From the NCBI GenBank assembly GCA_951406725.2, contig OX597815.1, forward strand, positions 163,680,001 through 163,744,000: DNA of 64,000 bases, in the 5' to 3' direction. Within the stretch, counting starts at the first letter, position 1; the number at the start of each line of letters is the position of its first letter. A program made the position numbers and the translations under genes. Positions 26,010 to 40,251 of this stretch are shown piece after piece. Source of the DNA: Octopus vulgaris (lineage: Eukaryota). Below the pieces are notes generated by a model. It searched no databases. It saw only the letters and a program-made list of their open reading frames with translations, and was not told where the DNA came from.

Positions 26010-26324
26010 TATTTATACATATCAACAACTACACATACAACTCGTACCAATTGTATATGTTCATATATACACCCATATGTACGTGTATCTGTATGTATTA
26101 TCACCCCTGCACACGCAGATATATATATATATGCGTATGCGTGTGAGTGTGTGTGCATGTGTGTTTATGTGTTTATGTGTAAATGTGTATGTATGTATGT
26201 ATGTATGAATGCGTGTATGTACGTATGTATATATACATGCATATACATATATACATACATACATATATATACGTGTATACATATATATACATACACATGT
26301 ATTATATATATATATATATATATA

Positions 26325-26543
26325 TTTCTTTTTCTGATTTGGTTTGCAAGATTCTTTATGTGAGTCCGTGTGTTGAAGCATGTTCTGTTATGTCTGGGAG
26401 AGTCATTCTCTTTTGGTGCCTTATAATTTAACACACTCACCGGTAAAATTTCCACTGATTTCTTTTATACTTTTCTAAAATTTTCGTTGCATCTTGCTAC
26501 CTTTTCAATAGTCGTTGGCTATTGAAAGGTTGCAAGACGCAAC

Positions 26544-26546
<3 letters not shown>
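26325..26546. mobile_element. Short element in (TA)n with ~30-bp terminal fold-back
   Basis: Arms 26484-26513 and 26517-26545 are near-complementary; flanked by (TA)n on both sides. Confidence 0.6.
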
Positions 26547-26589
<43 letters not shown>

Positions 26590-26771
26590 CATAATGATAT
26601 CCTCCGACAAGCGGTGTAAAGAAATGGTGAAAACACTTGAATTTGTTCTCCACAATATTGTGGTTTCTTTTTGTACCAATCAACAATAATCGGGTAGACA
26701 TTTCATTAAAGCCATTTTCGTAGCAAAAAGTTTATATTAGATAATATAGTCTCCGCTATACATGTAAATGC

Positions 26772-26820
<49 letters not shown>

Positions 26821-27144
26821 TGCGACGGTTACATCTGGAACGTCTATCATTAACGGTGTGCTCGAACATTGACTAAACCACAATAATAACACAAATAACT
26901 TAATTACTTAATCAATAGACGTAGTTAATTGGCCTGTCAGAATGGTTAATTGAAACTGGTGTTGTATGTAACTGTTCTGTGCGACATCCGATCATTAGAT
27001 CAAGGCCACCATCATAGATACTACTTAAACAACAATAGGTGCCAATTATAACTCTGTGAGGTAACTACCACATAATATTCATTTCATTGTGTTGCATCAT
27101 CAATTCGGATATCATCGTATAGTATTACCTGCTCTTAAACGTCT

Positions 27145-27184
<40 letters not shown>

Positions 27185-27209
27185 CTTCCTTCTTCTTGCG
27201 GCCTTTCAA

Positions 27210-27418
27210 ATCATAGTCAGGCTCATGGGCCCGGCTTCCTGGTTTCTATGGCGTATATTTCCCAGCTGGACGGGACGCCAGTCTATCGCACCGTTGACTG
27301 GAGCAACGTGAAATGAAGTTTTTTACTCAAGAACACTACGCATCGCCCGGTCCTAGAATCGAAACCACAATCTTACGATCATGATGCTGACACCCTAACC
27401 ACTAAGCCACACGCCTCC

Positions 27419-27420
<2 letters not shown>
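27210..27420 (-). mobile_element. Family C SINE
   Basis: Reverse strand GTGGAGGCGTGTGGCTTAGTGGTTAGGGTGTCAGC..GGTTTCGATTCTAGG. Confidence 0.8.
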
Positions 27421-27459
<39 letters not shown>

Positions 27460-27464
27460 CACAC

Positions 27465-27513
<49 letters not shown>

Positions 27514-27554
27514 GGCGAAAGGGGTCTTGTTTTATTAGGCCACTGCTCCATCAC

Positions 27555-27880
27555 TCAAGTATTTGGTTTCAATGGCTGTTGTGAGTGACTGTGGCTTTGA
27601 ACTGGTTGATCGCCCTCCAGATTCTCCTGATTTGGCCCCATCTGACTGTCAGCTGTTCTCCAATATGAAAAACACACATGGCCGAGAATCATTGTCGCAC
27701 TGATGAGGGCGTCATATCTGCTGATGATGACTTTGACGAACCGGGTGAAAGCTTTTTTCGCCAATGGGATCCAAGCACTCCAAAACCGATGGAAGAAGTG
27801 TGCAGACCGTAAAGGAGAGTATGTTAAAAAATAAACCACATTTGGTGTGATTCTCTCTTGGTCAGCCTATGAACTTTCAG
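27555..27880 (+). mobile_element. mariner transposase 3' fragment
   Basis: GFELVDRPPDSPDLAPSDCQLF..FFANGIQALQNRWKKCADRKGEYVK. Confidence 0.85.
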
Positions 27881-27894
27881 TCGTGGATTTATTT

Positions 27895-28680
27895 TATTTA
27901 AATATCGAAATTTGGAGATCAGTTATGTAGGTGTTATGAAGTTGAGAGGCTAGAATTAATAGAGAAGGAAAAACAGACCCGATATTTCCAACATAAATCT
28001 CGACGTTTTTATGAACCAAATCAATAAAATCATATAGGTTAAGTAGAATATTCAGATCGTCACTATCATAATTTAAAATCTTATGAGAATTTATAAGAAT
28101 CATAAAGAATTATGAAGGTCATAACTAGCGAGGATGAAGTAAATTTTATAAAGATGCCACATAAGGTTAAACGCAAACTGAATGAAATTAAATTATACAT
28201 GAAGTATTCCATAAACTGATTATTTACTAAAGATAAGAGAACAGTCGCGAACAAGAGTTTTCCCTTAGAAGGCATTCATCTGATTGACAATTGTTACCTT
28301 ATTTCCAGTAGCCGAGGAACTTGAAAATGCAGGACATTGGCTATTCATGTATTTTTCAGTTGTTGTTCAAATGCATGTTGCCCTGAGTTATTTCTGTCGT
28401 CTGATTTTTGCTGAAATGATGTGAATTGCTGGTCATAAAATGTGTTTTACTCCTTTTTCTATAAGTCTAAGACCATTGGGGACAGTAGATAACGAAAGTC
28501 GAGTGTTATGAAGATAATAGTCCCATTCTTAAATAAATGCTAACTTTGTGAAGAATTTTTGATTCTCGAAATTGTCAACCCTTCTCAAGTGGAGGTGATT
28601 TTATAAGCGCCATTTCGTAATTAAGTACATTTTCTACAGTCCGAGTAATATTTAATATTCCTGTACTTATATACACTATA
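27895..28680 (-). mobile_element. Very decayed retroelement RT-like relic (possibly Penelope-like)
   Basis: A-rich minus-strand coding-like composition; KNGTII..LLSPMVLD resembles RT motif B only weakly. Confidence 0.25.
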
Positions 28681-29107
28681 TAAATACGATATTGGCGGCG
28701 CTTAGTTATTTCGCTTAGCTCATTTTTGTTCCAATTAAGCGCGTGTCTGTGTATGTTTGTGCATGTATCTTTGTGTGTCTGTCTGTGTGAATATGTTTAT
28801 GTGAGTGTGAGTGTGTGTCTGTGTGTGTATGAGAGAGTGTATGTATGTGCGTATGTGTATATGTGTGTGTGCGTGTGTGCTTGTGTACAAGCATGTATGC
28901 ACACACACAGAGGTATATTGTACCAACCGAAGGGCGGCGAGCTGGCAGAATCGTTAGCACGCTGGGCGAAATTCCTACATGAGTGTATATATTTTATCAT
29001 TTTAATCGATAAAAGTTATAAAGTGGCTCAAGGCTCAAACGTCTCGTATCATGCAAGAAACGCTCGACCCTTAAGGCACTTCGTAACTTCTCCCGATTGA
29101 AATAACA

Positions 29108-29152
<45 letters not shown>

Positions 29153-29177
29153 GTTCACCTTAATTCAGTTCGCCAAT

Positions 29178-29351
29178 ACTCTTTTACTGCCTTTAGTCGA
29201 GCAAATCAACTCCAGGACTTATTCTTTGTAAGCCTAGTACTTATTGTATCGGTCACTTTTTGCCGAACCGCTAGATTACGGGGACGTAAATACACCGGCA
29301 TCAGTTGTCAAGCGGTGTTGGTGGGGGGGGGGACAAACATATACACACTCA

Positions 29352-29383
<32 letters not shown>

Positions 29384-29540
29384 CGACGGGCTTCTTTCAG
29401 TTTCCGTCTACCAAATCCACTCACAAGGCTTTGGTCGGCCCGAGGCTAGAGTAGAAGACACTTGCCCAAGGTGTCACGCAGTGGGACTGAACCCGGAACC
29501 ATGTGGTTGGTAAGGAAGCCACTTGCCACACATCCACGCC
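29178..29540 (-). mobile_element. Family A SINE
   Basis: Near-complete reverse-complement copy with internal (TA)n. Confidence 0.85.
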
Positions 29541-29544
29541 ATAC

Positions 29545-30020
29545 GTCAAGTATGAAATTTGAAGAAAATAAAATTGTTTGTTAATGTTTTATAAATACAA
29601 GGAGTAATTTTATTCATCAAAGTATGCACCCATATTGTCAAAAATACTTTTGCTATTTCAGCGGTAGCTTGTCCAGCCTGGCAATCTAGCGTCAATAAAA
29701 TCTTGGAAGGCCTGCTTTACCGAATCATCGGAACTAAATTTTTTTCCTATCAAAAAGTTATCCAAATTCTGGAAAAAGTGGTAGTCAGTGTGGGCAAGAT
29801 CAGGCGAGTATGGTGGATGATGGAAAACTTCAACTCCAAATCCTTTAGTTTCGCCAATGTCATTTTTGTGATGTGTGGTCTGGCGTTGTCTTGCAATAAA
29901 ATGGGAGTGGATCTGTTGAATAATCTAGGCTGTCTTTTTAGTATGTTTCTGCATCATTTGGTCCAAATGGCTGCAGTATTCTCGGCCGTGATTGATGAGC
30001 CAAGTTTAATGAAATCATAA
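29545..30020 (-). mobile_element. mariner transposase 3' fragment
   Basis: Reverse strand LLQDNARPH..HPPYSPDLAHTDYHFFQNLDNFL. Confidence 0.85.
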
Positions 30021-30359
30021 TGGAGAACAAGCGACAGTCAGATAGGTGTTTGTTGTGCCTTCCACTGTCATTATTTGACTGCTGTCATTCTGTGCGTCTG
30101 TGTGTAAAGATCAGTTGTGTTTTGCAGGGTTGCTTTATTTTACCTTTAACTTAGAAATGGAGAAAAACACAGTGCTAACTATATAAAAAAAATAAGCCAT
30201 TTGGGGACTAGAAATAAAGCGGGAAAACGTGAAATTCTTCGAGCAGGGATGTGTCGTATGCAAAATCAGTGATGAGCCCGAGTGACGATGATGACTTGGA
30301 GTCGCGTCTTATATATATAATTATATAGAGAGAGTGATAGACATATAGGTAGATAGATA

Positions 30360-30429
<70 letters not shown>

Positions 30430-30665
30430 TGTATATATATACATATATACATATATACATACATAGATACATACACACATACATACATATATACTCATAT
30501 ATATATGTATATATATATAATATATATATATGTATATATGTATATATATATAATATATAATATATATATATATATATATGTTATGTATATGTATGTTGTA
30601 TATATATAACATATATTTATGCGTATGTATGCATGTGTTTACGTATGAATGTATGTATTTTTATA

Positions 30666-30725
<60 letters not shown>

Positions 30726-31299
30726 GTATACATATATACATACATAAGTGCACATAAACTTATACATTAATAGTTACTCTCCATTTCCTTCTGTTTGATC
30801 TATCGATCGTCGTGTATTATACATGGATCTGAATGCAAGCCAGAATCGAATTCGAACCAAGAACCTTTTCTTCTTAGTAAAAAAAAAATAAAATAACGCT
30901 CCTCTTTTTCACTGTACGGCTAACACCTGTTCACAGTGAGTGATTAAGCAATGGAAACGTAGCGTAGATATAAATATTTTAAAGCGTTTCATCTCTCAAG
31001 ATGAGGTTAATAGCTCGAAAAATTATAATCGTATTAACTATAAATCATGTTTGACATTCAGTTATTAAATATCCATTTATCATACTTATAAGTAGAGTTT
31101 CTCTCTAATTACTATTCATATACACATTAAAAATATGCTAATCTACCTGGGCACCTATGCATACACTAGTCTATGCATATACGTATGCCCAACACCTACA
31201 CCTAAACACACATGAATATCGACGCAATATCAATTACATCGAAGTAGAGACATTAAAAACTCATAAAATTTTATATGTACTTTTTACTTTATAATACTC

Positions 31300-31802
31300 A
31301 ATAACATTTTTATGTATCGTTAAGTATCAAAAGATTACATGGCACATCAACAACACTGGTCACTGATAAGCTATTTCAACGTTTCTACAAGGAGTTAGAC
31401 GTTGGATAACTTTGATAAGTCTCTATGTGGTGTATTTATTTGGGTTTATATTTTCTTCTTTATTCATGGTATGGTGACGCTACTTTGGGAACTTCGCTTT
31501 GCAGACATTACACAGTCTTACATTTTTCACTGCTCTTTTCCCTCTATTCTTTTGTTAGTGATACATTTTCTTCTTATTAGTATGTGAAATTATACTTATT
31601 TTTCAATTACAGTCTCATTTTCAAAGTCGAAAAATGATATTGTGGTTCTTTGATGGATAGAAATGTCTACCATTTAATTACGACTTTCATATTATGTAAA
31701 CCGTATCATACTTTCTTACTATATATATATATATGTTTGTGTGTGTGTGTGTTTGTGTTTGTATGAGTGTATATATATATATATATATATATATACATTT
31801 TG

Positions 31803-31845
<43 letters not shown>

Positions 31846-34800
31846 TTTTATATATATATAAAATATATTTATATATATATATACATTTTGATATATATAT
31901 AATATATATTTATATATATATATACATTTTGATATATATATAATATATATTTATATATATATAATATATTTATATATATGTATGATATATATATATATAT
32001 ATGTATCATATTTATATATATACATATACACATACACACATTTTTATACATTTATGTGCTCTCGTCTACATATAATTCAGTTCTATTTATTATAGATGAA
32101 AATATATTTGATAATATCCATGCTATAATTAAATATGTATGCTTGAGGATTTAAAGATATTAATAATTTCCTCTGTGTAAATAAAATTAGAAATTTTATT
32201 TGTAATTTTATTTTACTTTCTTTAGTGTATATAGTAGTTATGTAGGTCTGTAAAAGCATACTTTATATTATGTGTAAACTGTAGCTATATTGTATATGTT
32301 AGCTTTTAGTTTTAGAGTCATCTGAAACTGTTTTAAAACATCAAAAGTTAAAACGAGTAACATATACAACGACGAAAATATTAAATATCATTGTTTATTC
32401 TTTAATGTTCATGCCGATGTATTGCCTTCAAGAACTTAAGCGCCCACACGGACTTCAATACTTATTTTATCTTCATTATTTGTCGAGTTGCTATGCTACG
32501 TGCCATGAAAAAACATGCAAAAACTAAAACTAATAGTTAAAAATTTATAAATAGTAAGAATGATAATAGTGAAGAAACTGTGGTGTTGTTTATCGAAGAA
32601 GGAAAAATCAAGCAAAAAGGAAAAAAAGAAGGAAAAGCAAAGGGAATGGGTGAAGAGGAAAAGAGAAAAGAGCTAAAAATGTGTATTCTCTGCATATTTT
32701 TCCTTTCCCCAAATTTCAAATTCAAATTCCTCTTCCCTCCAGATATTATGAAAAAATTACTCCCCCTTGCAATAGCTATCCGCTAGGAGACTCCACTTGT
32801 TTTAGAAGGAGTAAAAGGATTAAAAGAAAATGATAAAGACAACAAAAAGGAAACGTATGCTATCATAAGGAAGTATCTTTTATATTCTCTTTTATTATTC
32901 GTTTCTATTTACTCCGCCTTTGAACATTGTTAATGCCTCGCCAGACCCCAACCACCCAATTCCTACCTGTGACATGCACTACGCATAACTTAAGGCGATA
33001 AGCTAGCAAAATCGTTGTCGCATCGAACAAAATACTCAGCGGCATTGCTGCTGCCTCTATACCTTCTGGGTTTGAATCCAACCGATGTCAACTTTGCTTT
33101 ACATTTCCTCGAGGTCGAGAAAATAAAATACTGGTAAAATACTCAGTTGGATAAAATTGACTTGCCTCCTCCCTTAAAAACTGCTGATTTTGAACCTTGC
33201 ATCGGACCAGTGTGTCTCGTTCAGCCGAGTGTTGTGATCTCGGTTACCTTTACGCCACAGGAATCGGGTAAACGATCTTATGTGTCCTCGGGCTCAAGCT
33301 CAAAAGAAATAAATAAAAATACAGCATTCCATCTATTCAAGCCTATCTAGCCAAACCATTAATTTCCTCTACTGTTTTTTGTTTTAAATTCTTTCACTTT
33401 TTAATCTTTAGCCTTTCTCTCTTACTCAGATACCCACGTCCTCCAACCCATACCGTCCATTCATTCCCGAAACTTACAATATAGAGATTTAGGTTTCATT
33501 TTCCATTATCAATACATTTTTAGCAGTCACATTATAGTTAGAACTGTATCCACAACTTCTATTTACATCTGATCTCTTTTACATTTCTTTCTATATTTTT
33601 ACATATTTCTTGTTGGATTGGCTGAATCGTTAGATCGTCAGGAAAAGAAGTTTTGCAATATTTACACTGGCGAAGTTAAAATCCATCCATAGGTCAAGCT
33701 TACCTTTCATGCTCTCGAGAGCGATAAAATAAAGTACCAGAATCATACTAGAGACGATACCGACTATCCCCTGCCAAGGGGCTAGTCAATATTCACCTTG
33801 TGCCTAAATCAGAAAAAGATGTGCCTCTGTTTATTTAAGGGATTTGAGATTTTGGGGTTTTTTCCCAACAAAACTGGAGTGTTAAGAACAATCTTAAACA
33901 AATCTTGGTGAACTCACCCCACTCAGAAACAACTGAATGGAAATCTGCCTGTTTCAACTATCAAAAGGAAAAGGTGCTTGCAATTTGAAGATCATTGCGG
34001 GTGCCCAAAACAAACGTTAGCAATTAAGCAACTTCTATGGATAGCAAAGCATGACCGTATTCGAGCAGATCATTCAAAAGAAACATACATAGATCAACTT
34101 ACCAATGACATTGAATTCTCTTCAACCCTGAAGTTCTCCTTCAGTTAATGCAGGAGCAGGATGGATGGCACGTGTGAGTAAAAGATATCCGAGCAAACTC
34201 AACCAGATTATGATGATATTTTAAGGGCGGAATTTTTGCTGGTTAAAACTTTCATGGATTATTTGAGGGATTTTTATATGTTATCTGTGTTTATGTAGTT
34301 TATGAGTACGTGCTTAAAAGAATCGTTATGTCCGATTTTGCTTTCGTTTGCGCATTTAAATTTATCAGTATATGTTTGTGATCCTATTTCCTTGAACTTA
34401 AAACATTTGCTGAAACATTTTTCTTCTTTTCACACACACACACACACGCACACACTCGTACACACAGTTATCTCTTTCTATATTTGGGTGAGCATGTGGA
34501 TATTCAACTGTATATTTGTTTCTTGGGATATATATGCTGTGTGTGTATAACTGTCTGTGTATTTGCGCGCTGTTAGTGTATCATTAATATATTTCGATTT
34601 TCTTTAGCTGCTTCTGATAAATAATACCTATTTTGTTTAAGACATTGTCATTTTTACGGTGAAGAGATTTAGCGTATTTTATAGGAATATTTTTGTTATT
34701 ACTAGTCGATTTTTTTCTGTCAATCTGATTTTTCATATATATTTTTTCGTTATATTTGAAGTTCAATATAGCATTAATATTCTTGCCTATCTTACACATT

Positions 34801-36222
34801 TCGCGTGTATCGTTGGATATAATATTTTCTAACTGTTAATGTATACCTTTCTCCTTGTATCGAATAACTACTATCATCTGTATCGAATAATTCATAAATG
34901 AATTTAAAAAGAAATATACTTAGTATTTACGTATAAATAACGTCTGATAATTTATTCTTTTCTTTATTTTACTTCGAAATCTTTTGTTAGAATTCTCTCA
35001 AAGAGTTTTGATATTCGGCAATATTAGATCCTCTGTATATCTCAAGATATTTTGACAGTTTTTTTTGTTTACGATATTTATATCAACTATTTTTTTTTTT
35101 TTACATATTTTAAGTTAATCTACTTCTTTACAAAATTATATAAGTATAAATTTGTTAAATATACACTACAATATAATCCCAATGGATCTGCTCGCATTGC
35201 TGAAAAACGAAATGACCTGATTTAAAATATGTGCTATAAATACAACAACAAAAAAAAAAGACTGCTTTAATGCTTTTACAAAGCTACTTTTACCGAAACA
35301 TGATTTATGGTTTTAGAATAGCTTTGCTAATCCATTTGGTTAAATTTCTATTTGTTGCTGTTTCATATTATCCTTTAACGAAAACAGAAACTTACAATTA
35401 TTTTTATAACTTCCATTACCTTATCATGTGAGTATTCTGTGTGTGATATTGAAAAACAATAATTCTCTACTCTCTTTTCTCTGTTCTTAAAAAATATATA
35501 TGTCTAAGGTTTTTATAACCCTGTTAACATTGTCGATAATATTGCATATATTCATTTTAAAGAAATTCCTGTTCTTTTTCTTTTCTTTTCTTTTTTGACA
35601 TGATATTCTTCTCCATCTCAGGCAACATTTTAATATTCCTGTTATGATGTAAGTTATTCATTTTAAGGGGCGTTTTACTATTGAATTAGGAATCAAGCTG
35701 TTACTAGATTTTGATGCAGTTTTGAAATGTAACATATATTTGACATTTTGCTATAATTATTTAATTCATTCAGGTTAAATTTATATTTCAACATTAATTT
35801 TTCTATGTATACTTTTTGTCGCTAGTCTTTATTGTTTGTTTTTTTTTTACTTATGTAGCATTTTTCGATATTTTATTCTATTTTATATTACAAAAAATTT
35901 GATATATACACCTAATATTATTTTCCAATACAATATCATTAAATGTCTTCTCAATAGGATTATGGCAAAGTTATTAAGTGTTTTTTTCAAATCTTTTATA
36001 CAGCTAAATTCATTTAAGACTCTTAGTTTTAATTCTACAATTTTAAAAACGTGCCATTTGTTTTTAATATTTTAGTTTTCCCGATGGTCAGGTATCTTTT
36101 CGTTATATCTTTAATTATTTGAAAATGAATTTCTTCAACTTCAAATACAGTTTTTAAGAAATATTAGTGCATGACCCGTAACCTTATATCTGGAATAGAT
36201 AATACTGTACTCCATTCACTCT

Positions 36223-36276
<54 letters not shown>

Positions 36277-36543
36277 TACACACACACATTCAAATATGAA
36301 TTACAAGTAGGGCTAATGTAAGTATTATCGACCACACATACTGCACTCTGCTTGCTCGCTGTTAGGCTGCGAATGAGGTCAGTGGGGATGATTCCCTTAA
36401 AGCACCGTGTTAGGAAGTCATTCCCACCGCGCTAAACTGTAGCCTACAGGCGAACAACAACGCACATACACTGAGTGTGTAAGGTCGATAATATATATGT
36501 GTGTGCGTATTTATATATATGTGTATATTTATATATATATATG

Positions 36544-36624
<81 letters not shown>

Positions 36625-37034
36625 GTATATATATATGTGTATATATATATATATGTATATATATATGTATATATATATGTATATATATATGTATATATAT
36701 ATATATATATAATATCAATAATGATAAAGAGAGTGATCATTTTTCTTATCTATCATTTTATTAAGCAGTTGTTGTAAAAATCAATTTAATAAAATTATAA
36801 ATAAAAAAAATCTGTTTTCCTTATAATTGATAATACTATTACTTACTCTACGCAAGCTATGCACTCCTGAATGGGAAATTCGGATTTACCAAGTGAAAAT
36901 AATTACCAGAAATTAGCAACTTATTGTTAGCCCGGGTATCACTAAAGGACCGTTGTGCTTAGCTGGCGTCTGAAACCGATTTAAGAGGAAACACGGTGAC
37001 CGCCAGGATTATGTAATCCTTTAGTCATTTTTCA

Positions 37035-37068
<34 letters not shown>

Positions 37069-37231
37069 TTAGAGGTTGTGGATCCAACCAACTAAGGGAT
37101 AATATCTATCCAATATACTGCTGGTAGAATACCCAATTATTAAACACACCAGCATCGGTTGTCAAGTGATGGTGATGGGGGACAAATACAGACACACAAA
37201 TGCATATATACATACACACACACACACACAC

Positions 37232-37264
<33 letters not shown>

Positions 37265-37296
37265 TATATACATATATATATATATATGTATGTATG

Positions 37297-37357
<61 letters not shown>

Positions 37358-37593
37358 GACGGGCTTCTTTCAGTTTTCGTCTACCATGTCCACTCACAAG
37401 GCTTTGATCAGCCCGACGCTATAGAAGAAGACACTAGCCCAAGGTGCCACACAGTGTGACTGAACCCGGGACCTTGTGGTTGGGAAGCAAGCTTCTAACT
37501 ACACAGCCACTCCTGCGCTTATCTTGAATATTTCGAAAATCCTCGCAAATAGGGATTCATATACACAGACACGGACACAGAGACACGCACGCG

Positions 37594-37628
<35 letters not shown>

Positions 37629-39380
37629 TTACACACACAGATGCATACATATATATGGAGAGGAGGGAAATTAGAAACCAGAGTAAAATGAGTAATTTCT
37701 GGTTTCTCGTTGTTTTCTTTCTCCCTATTTGGAACCATTACCTTACGAGTTTTGCATTATCATTTTGCATTGTCGCAACATCTTTAGGAGTAGAAATTGG
37801 TCAATATAGTTATTATTATTATTATTATTGTTGTTGTTGTTGTTGTTGTTGTTGTTCTTCTTCTTCTTGAAGTCAAGAGGGTTTGAAATATAGTCAGATG
37901 ATAGCCACTTCTTTTCAAGAAATTGTTCCTCAACTTTGATCCGATTCTAATTGAGATTGCCAATAAAATATCTGGAGAATTTTTGGTGTTTATATTCTCT
38001 TCTCTGTTAGATTCCAAATTAATTTTCCCCCCACACTAATGTCTAATTTGATCATTTTAAATTTTCAGAAAATTGTCTAAGACGAGGTAAAATGAGTAAT
38101 GACTAATTTCAATAATTTCTTCTCTTTAACTACATGGTGTGTAAATATTTCGGGAAGAGAGCCACTCTAGCAAATCGTAAAGCTATGGAGTATATATTTT
38201 ACGCAGTTTTTCGATTGAGTCGTGTTGCGTTAATATCGTATCATGTGCCATTTTTTCAGGATCCTCTTTCAATATGACGTAGATATATTAATTTTTTGTT
38301 GCATTTTTTAAAATCTTTTTGATGTCTAAGAAAGGATATTGATGTTTATAAGTCTGTTTTCAAATGTAATTCTGGAGGACTGAGGAAGTATATTTACCTT
38401 ATCTTGGCTTACTCATTTTGTCCCATCTAAATTTGTCTTTTATATGCTCAAAGAGAACAGAGATAATTCTCTGAATTACTATTCAGAATATGTTAGCGCG
38501 TTTTGAATGCATTTAAAGTATGTCATTTGCGTAGTATGTATAGTTTTTAGAAGGAGGTGAACATTTATAAAAAATTATATTTTCCTCAGTCAAACATTCA
38601 GTAAAAACTCCACATTGTGTCCCAGTTACGTAATATTCTTTTACTTGTTTCACTCATTTGACTGAGGCAATGCTGGGGCACCGCGTTCAAGGGTTTTAGC
38701 CGAACAAATCGAACCAGGGACTTATTTTTTTAAGCCTTATTATTACTGCGTTATGCATATTGCATCGGTCTCTCTTTGACGAACTGCTAAGTTAAGGGAA
38801 CGTAACCATATCAACACCGGCTGTCAAGCGGTATGGGGGACAACGACAGACACAGAAAGACACACACACAGGTATACACACACACACACACACTCATACA
38901 TACATACCTATATGTATATATATATATATATATACAACGGACTTCTTTCAGTTTCCGTCTACCAAATCCACTCACAAGGCTTTGGTCGTCCCGAGGTTAT
39001 AGTTGATGACACTCGCCCAAGGTGTCACACAATGGGACTGGATCCAGAACCATGTGGTTGGGAGGCAAGCTTCTTATAACACAGACACACCTACATATAT
39101 GCAAATACAATCTCAGACAGCAACAACCTTTTTTGAATTTGCAGCGAACTGATATTGGAATTTGTGGGTAAAAGGATAATGATTTGTAGAAGTAAAGAAT
39201 ATCATACAATGTCTTAAAGCATTTGACAAAAATGGAAAATGTGGTACCTGGCAAACTGTGCAATGTTAATATATACATACATGCCGCTTGACTGGATGGT
39301 ACAGAAAGCTCAGCCGATATCTGAGAAGAACTCGGTTCCATTCTCAGTAGCTTCCTCCTCGCAACTTTTTTTATATAAGC
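31300..39380 (-). pseudogene. Fossil AT-rich coding region with SF3-helicase-like motifs (candidate endogenous DNA virus), split by SINEs and microsatellites
   Basis: 37870-38630 (-) holds one K/E/I-rich frame for ~250 codons with scattered stops; 35194-35340 (-) gives LTKWISKAILK..GKSSFVKAL..KSGHFVFQQC. Confidence 0.4.
37143..37519 (-). mobile_element. Family A SINE (others 38635-39090 -, 39379-40185 + split by a tetranucleotide array, 46978-47265 -)
   Basis: Same diagnostic blocks as 2279-2720. Confidence 0.8.
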
Positions 39381-39526
39381 GCAGGTATGACTCTGTGATA
39401 AAAACTTACCTTCCTTTCCACAAATTTACTGCGTGGCAAAATGGGCAAGTGTATTTTGCTATATCCTCGGCCCAACCAAAACCTTGTGAGTGGGTTTGGT
39501 TGACGGAAACTAAAAGAAGCTCTTCG

Positions 39527-39579
<53 letters not shown>

Positions 39580-39842
39580 GTGCGTGTGTGCGTATGTTTG
39601 TATTCGTGTTTGTGCTTGTGCTCAACCACTGCTTAACACCCGGTTTTGGTGTGCTTACGTCCTCGTAATCCGGCGGTTCGGCCAAAGCTATCTATATAAT
39701 AAGTATCAGCTTTAGCATAAATAAGTACTGGACTCGATTCGTTCGGCTAAAATTCTTCAACGCGTTGCCCCACCCAAGCTTCCGTCCAACGAATGTAACA
39801 AACCACGAGATAAAAGATGAATATCAATCTGTAGACATACAG

Positions 39843-39907
39843 AGAGATAGACATAGATAGATAGATAGATAGATAGATAGACAGACATGCAGACAGACAG
39901 ACAGACA

Positions 39908-39983
<76 letters not shown>

Positions 39984-40030
39984 GGCAGGCAGGCAGGCAG
40001 GCAGGCAGACAGACAGACAGACAGACAGAT
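39843..40030. repeat. (GATA)n/(GACA)n/(GGCA)n compound array
   Basis: Directly visible. Confidence 0.95.
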
Positions 40031-40190
40031 GGAGTGATGGAGAGATGTTGGTGTGTATACGTCCCCGCCATCTAGCGGTTCGGCAAAAGATGCCGATAGA
40101 ATAAGTACTAGGCTTACAAAGAATAAATTTGTTCGACTAAATGTGGTGCTCCAGCATGGCCGCAGTCAAATGAGTGAAACAAAAGAATAT

Positions 40191-40251
<61 letters not shown>

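Noticed and set aside
30120-30160. TTTTGCAG acceptor as exon 2 for the 4375 ATG
   Set aside because: Joined frame stops after eight further codons
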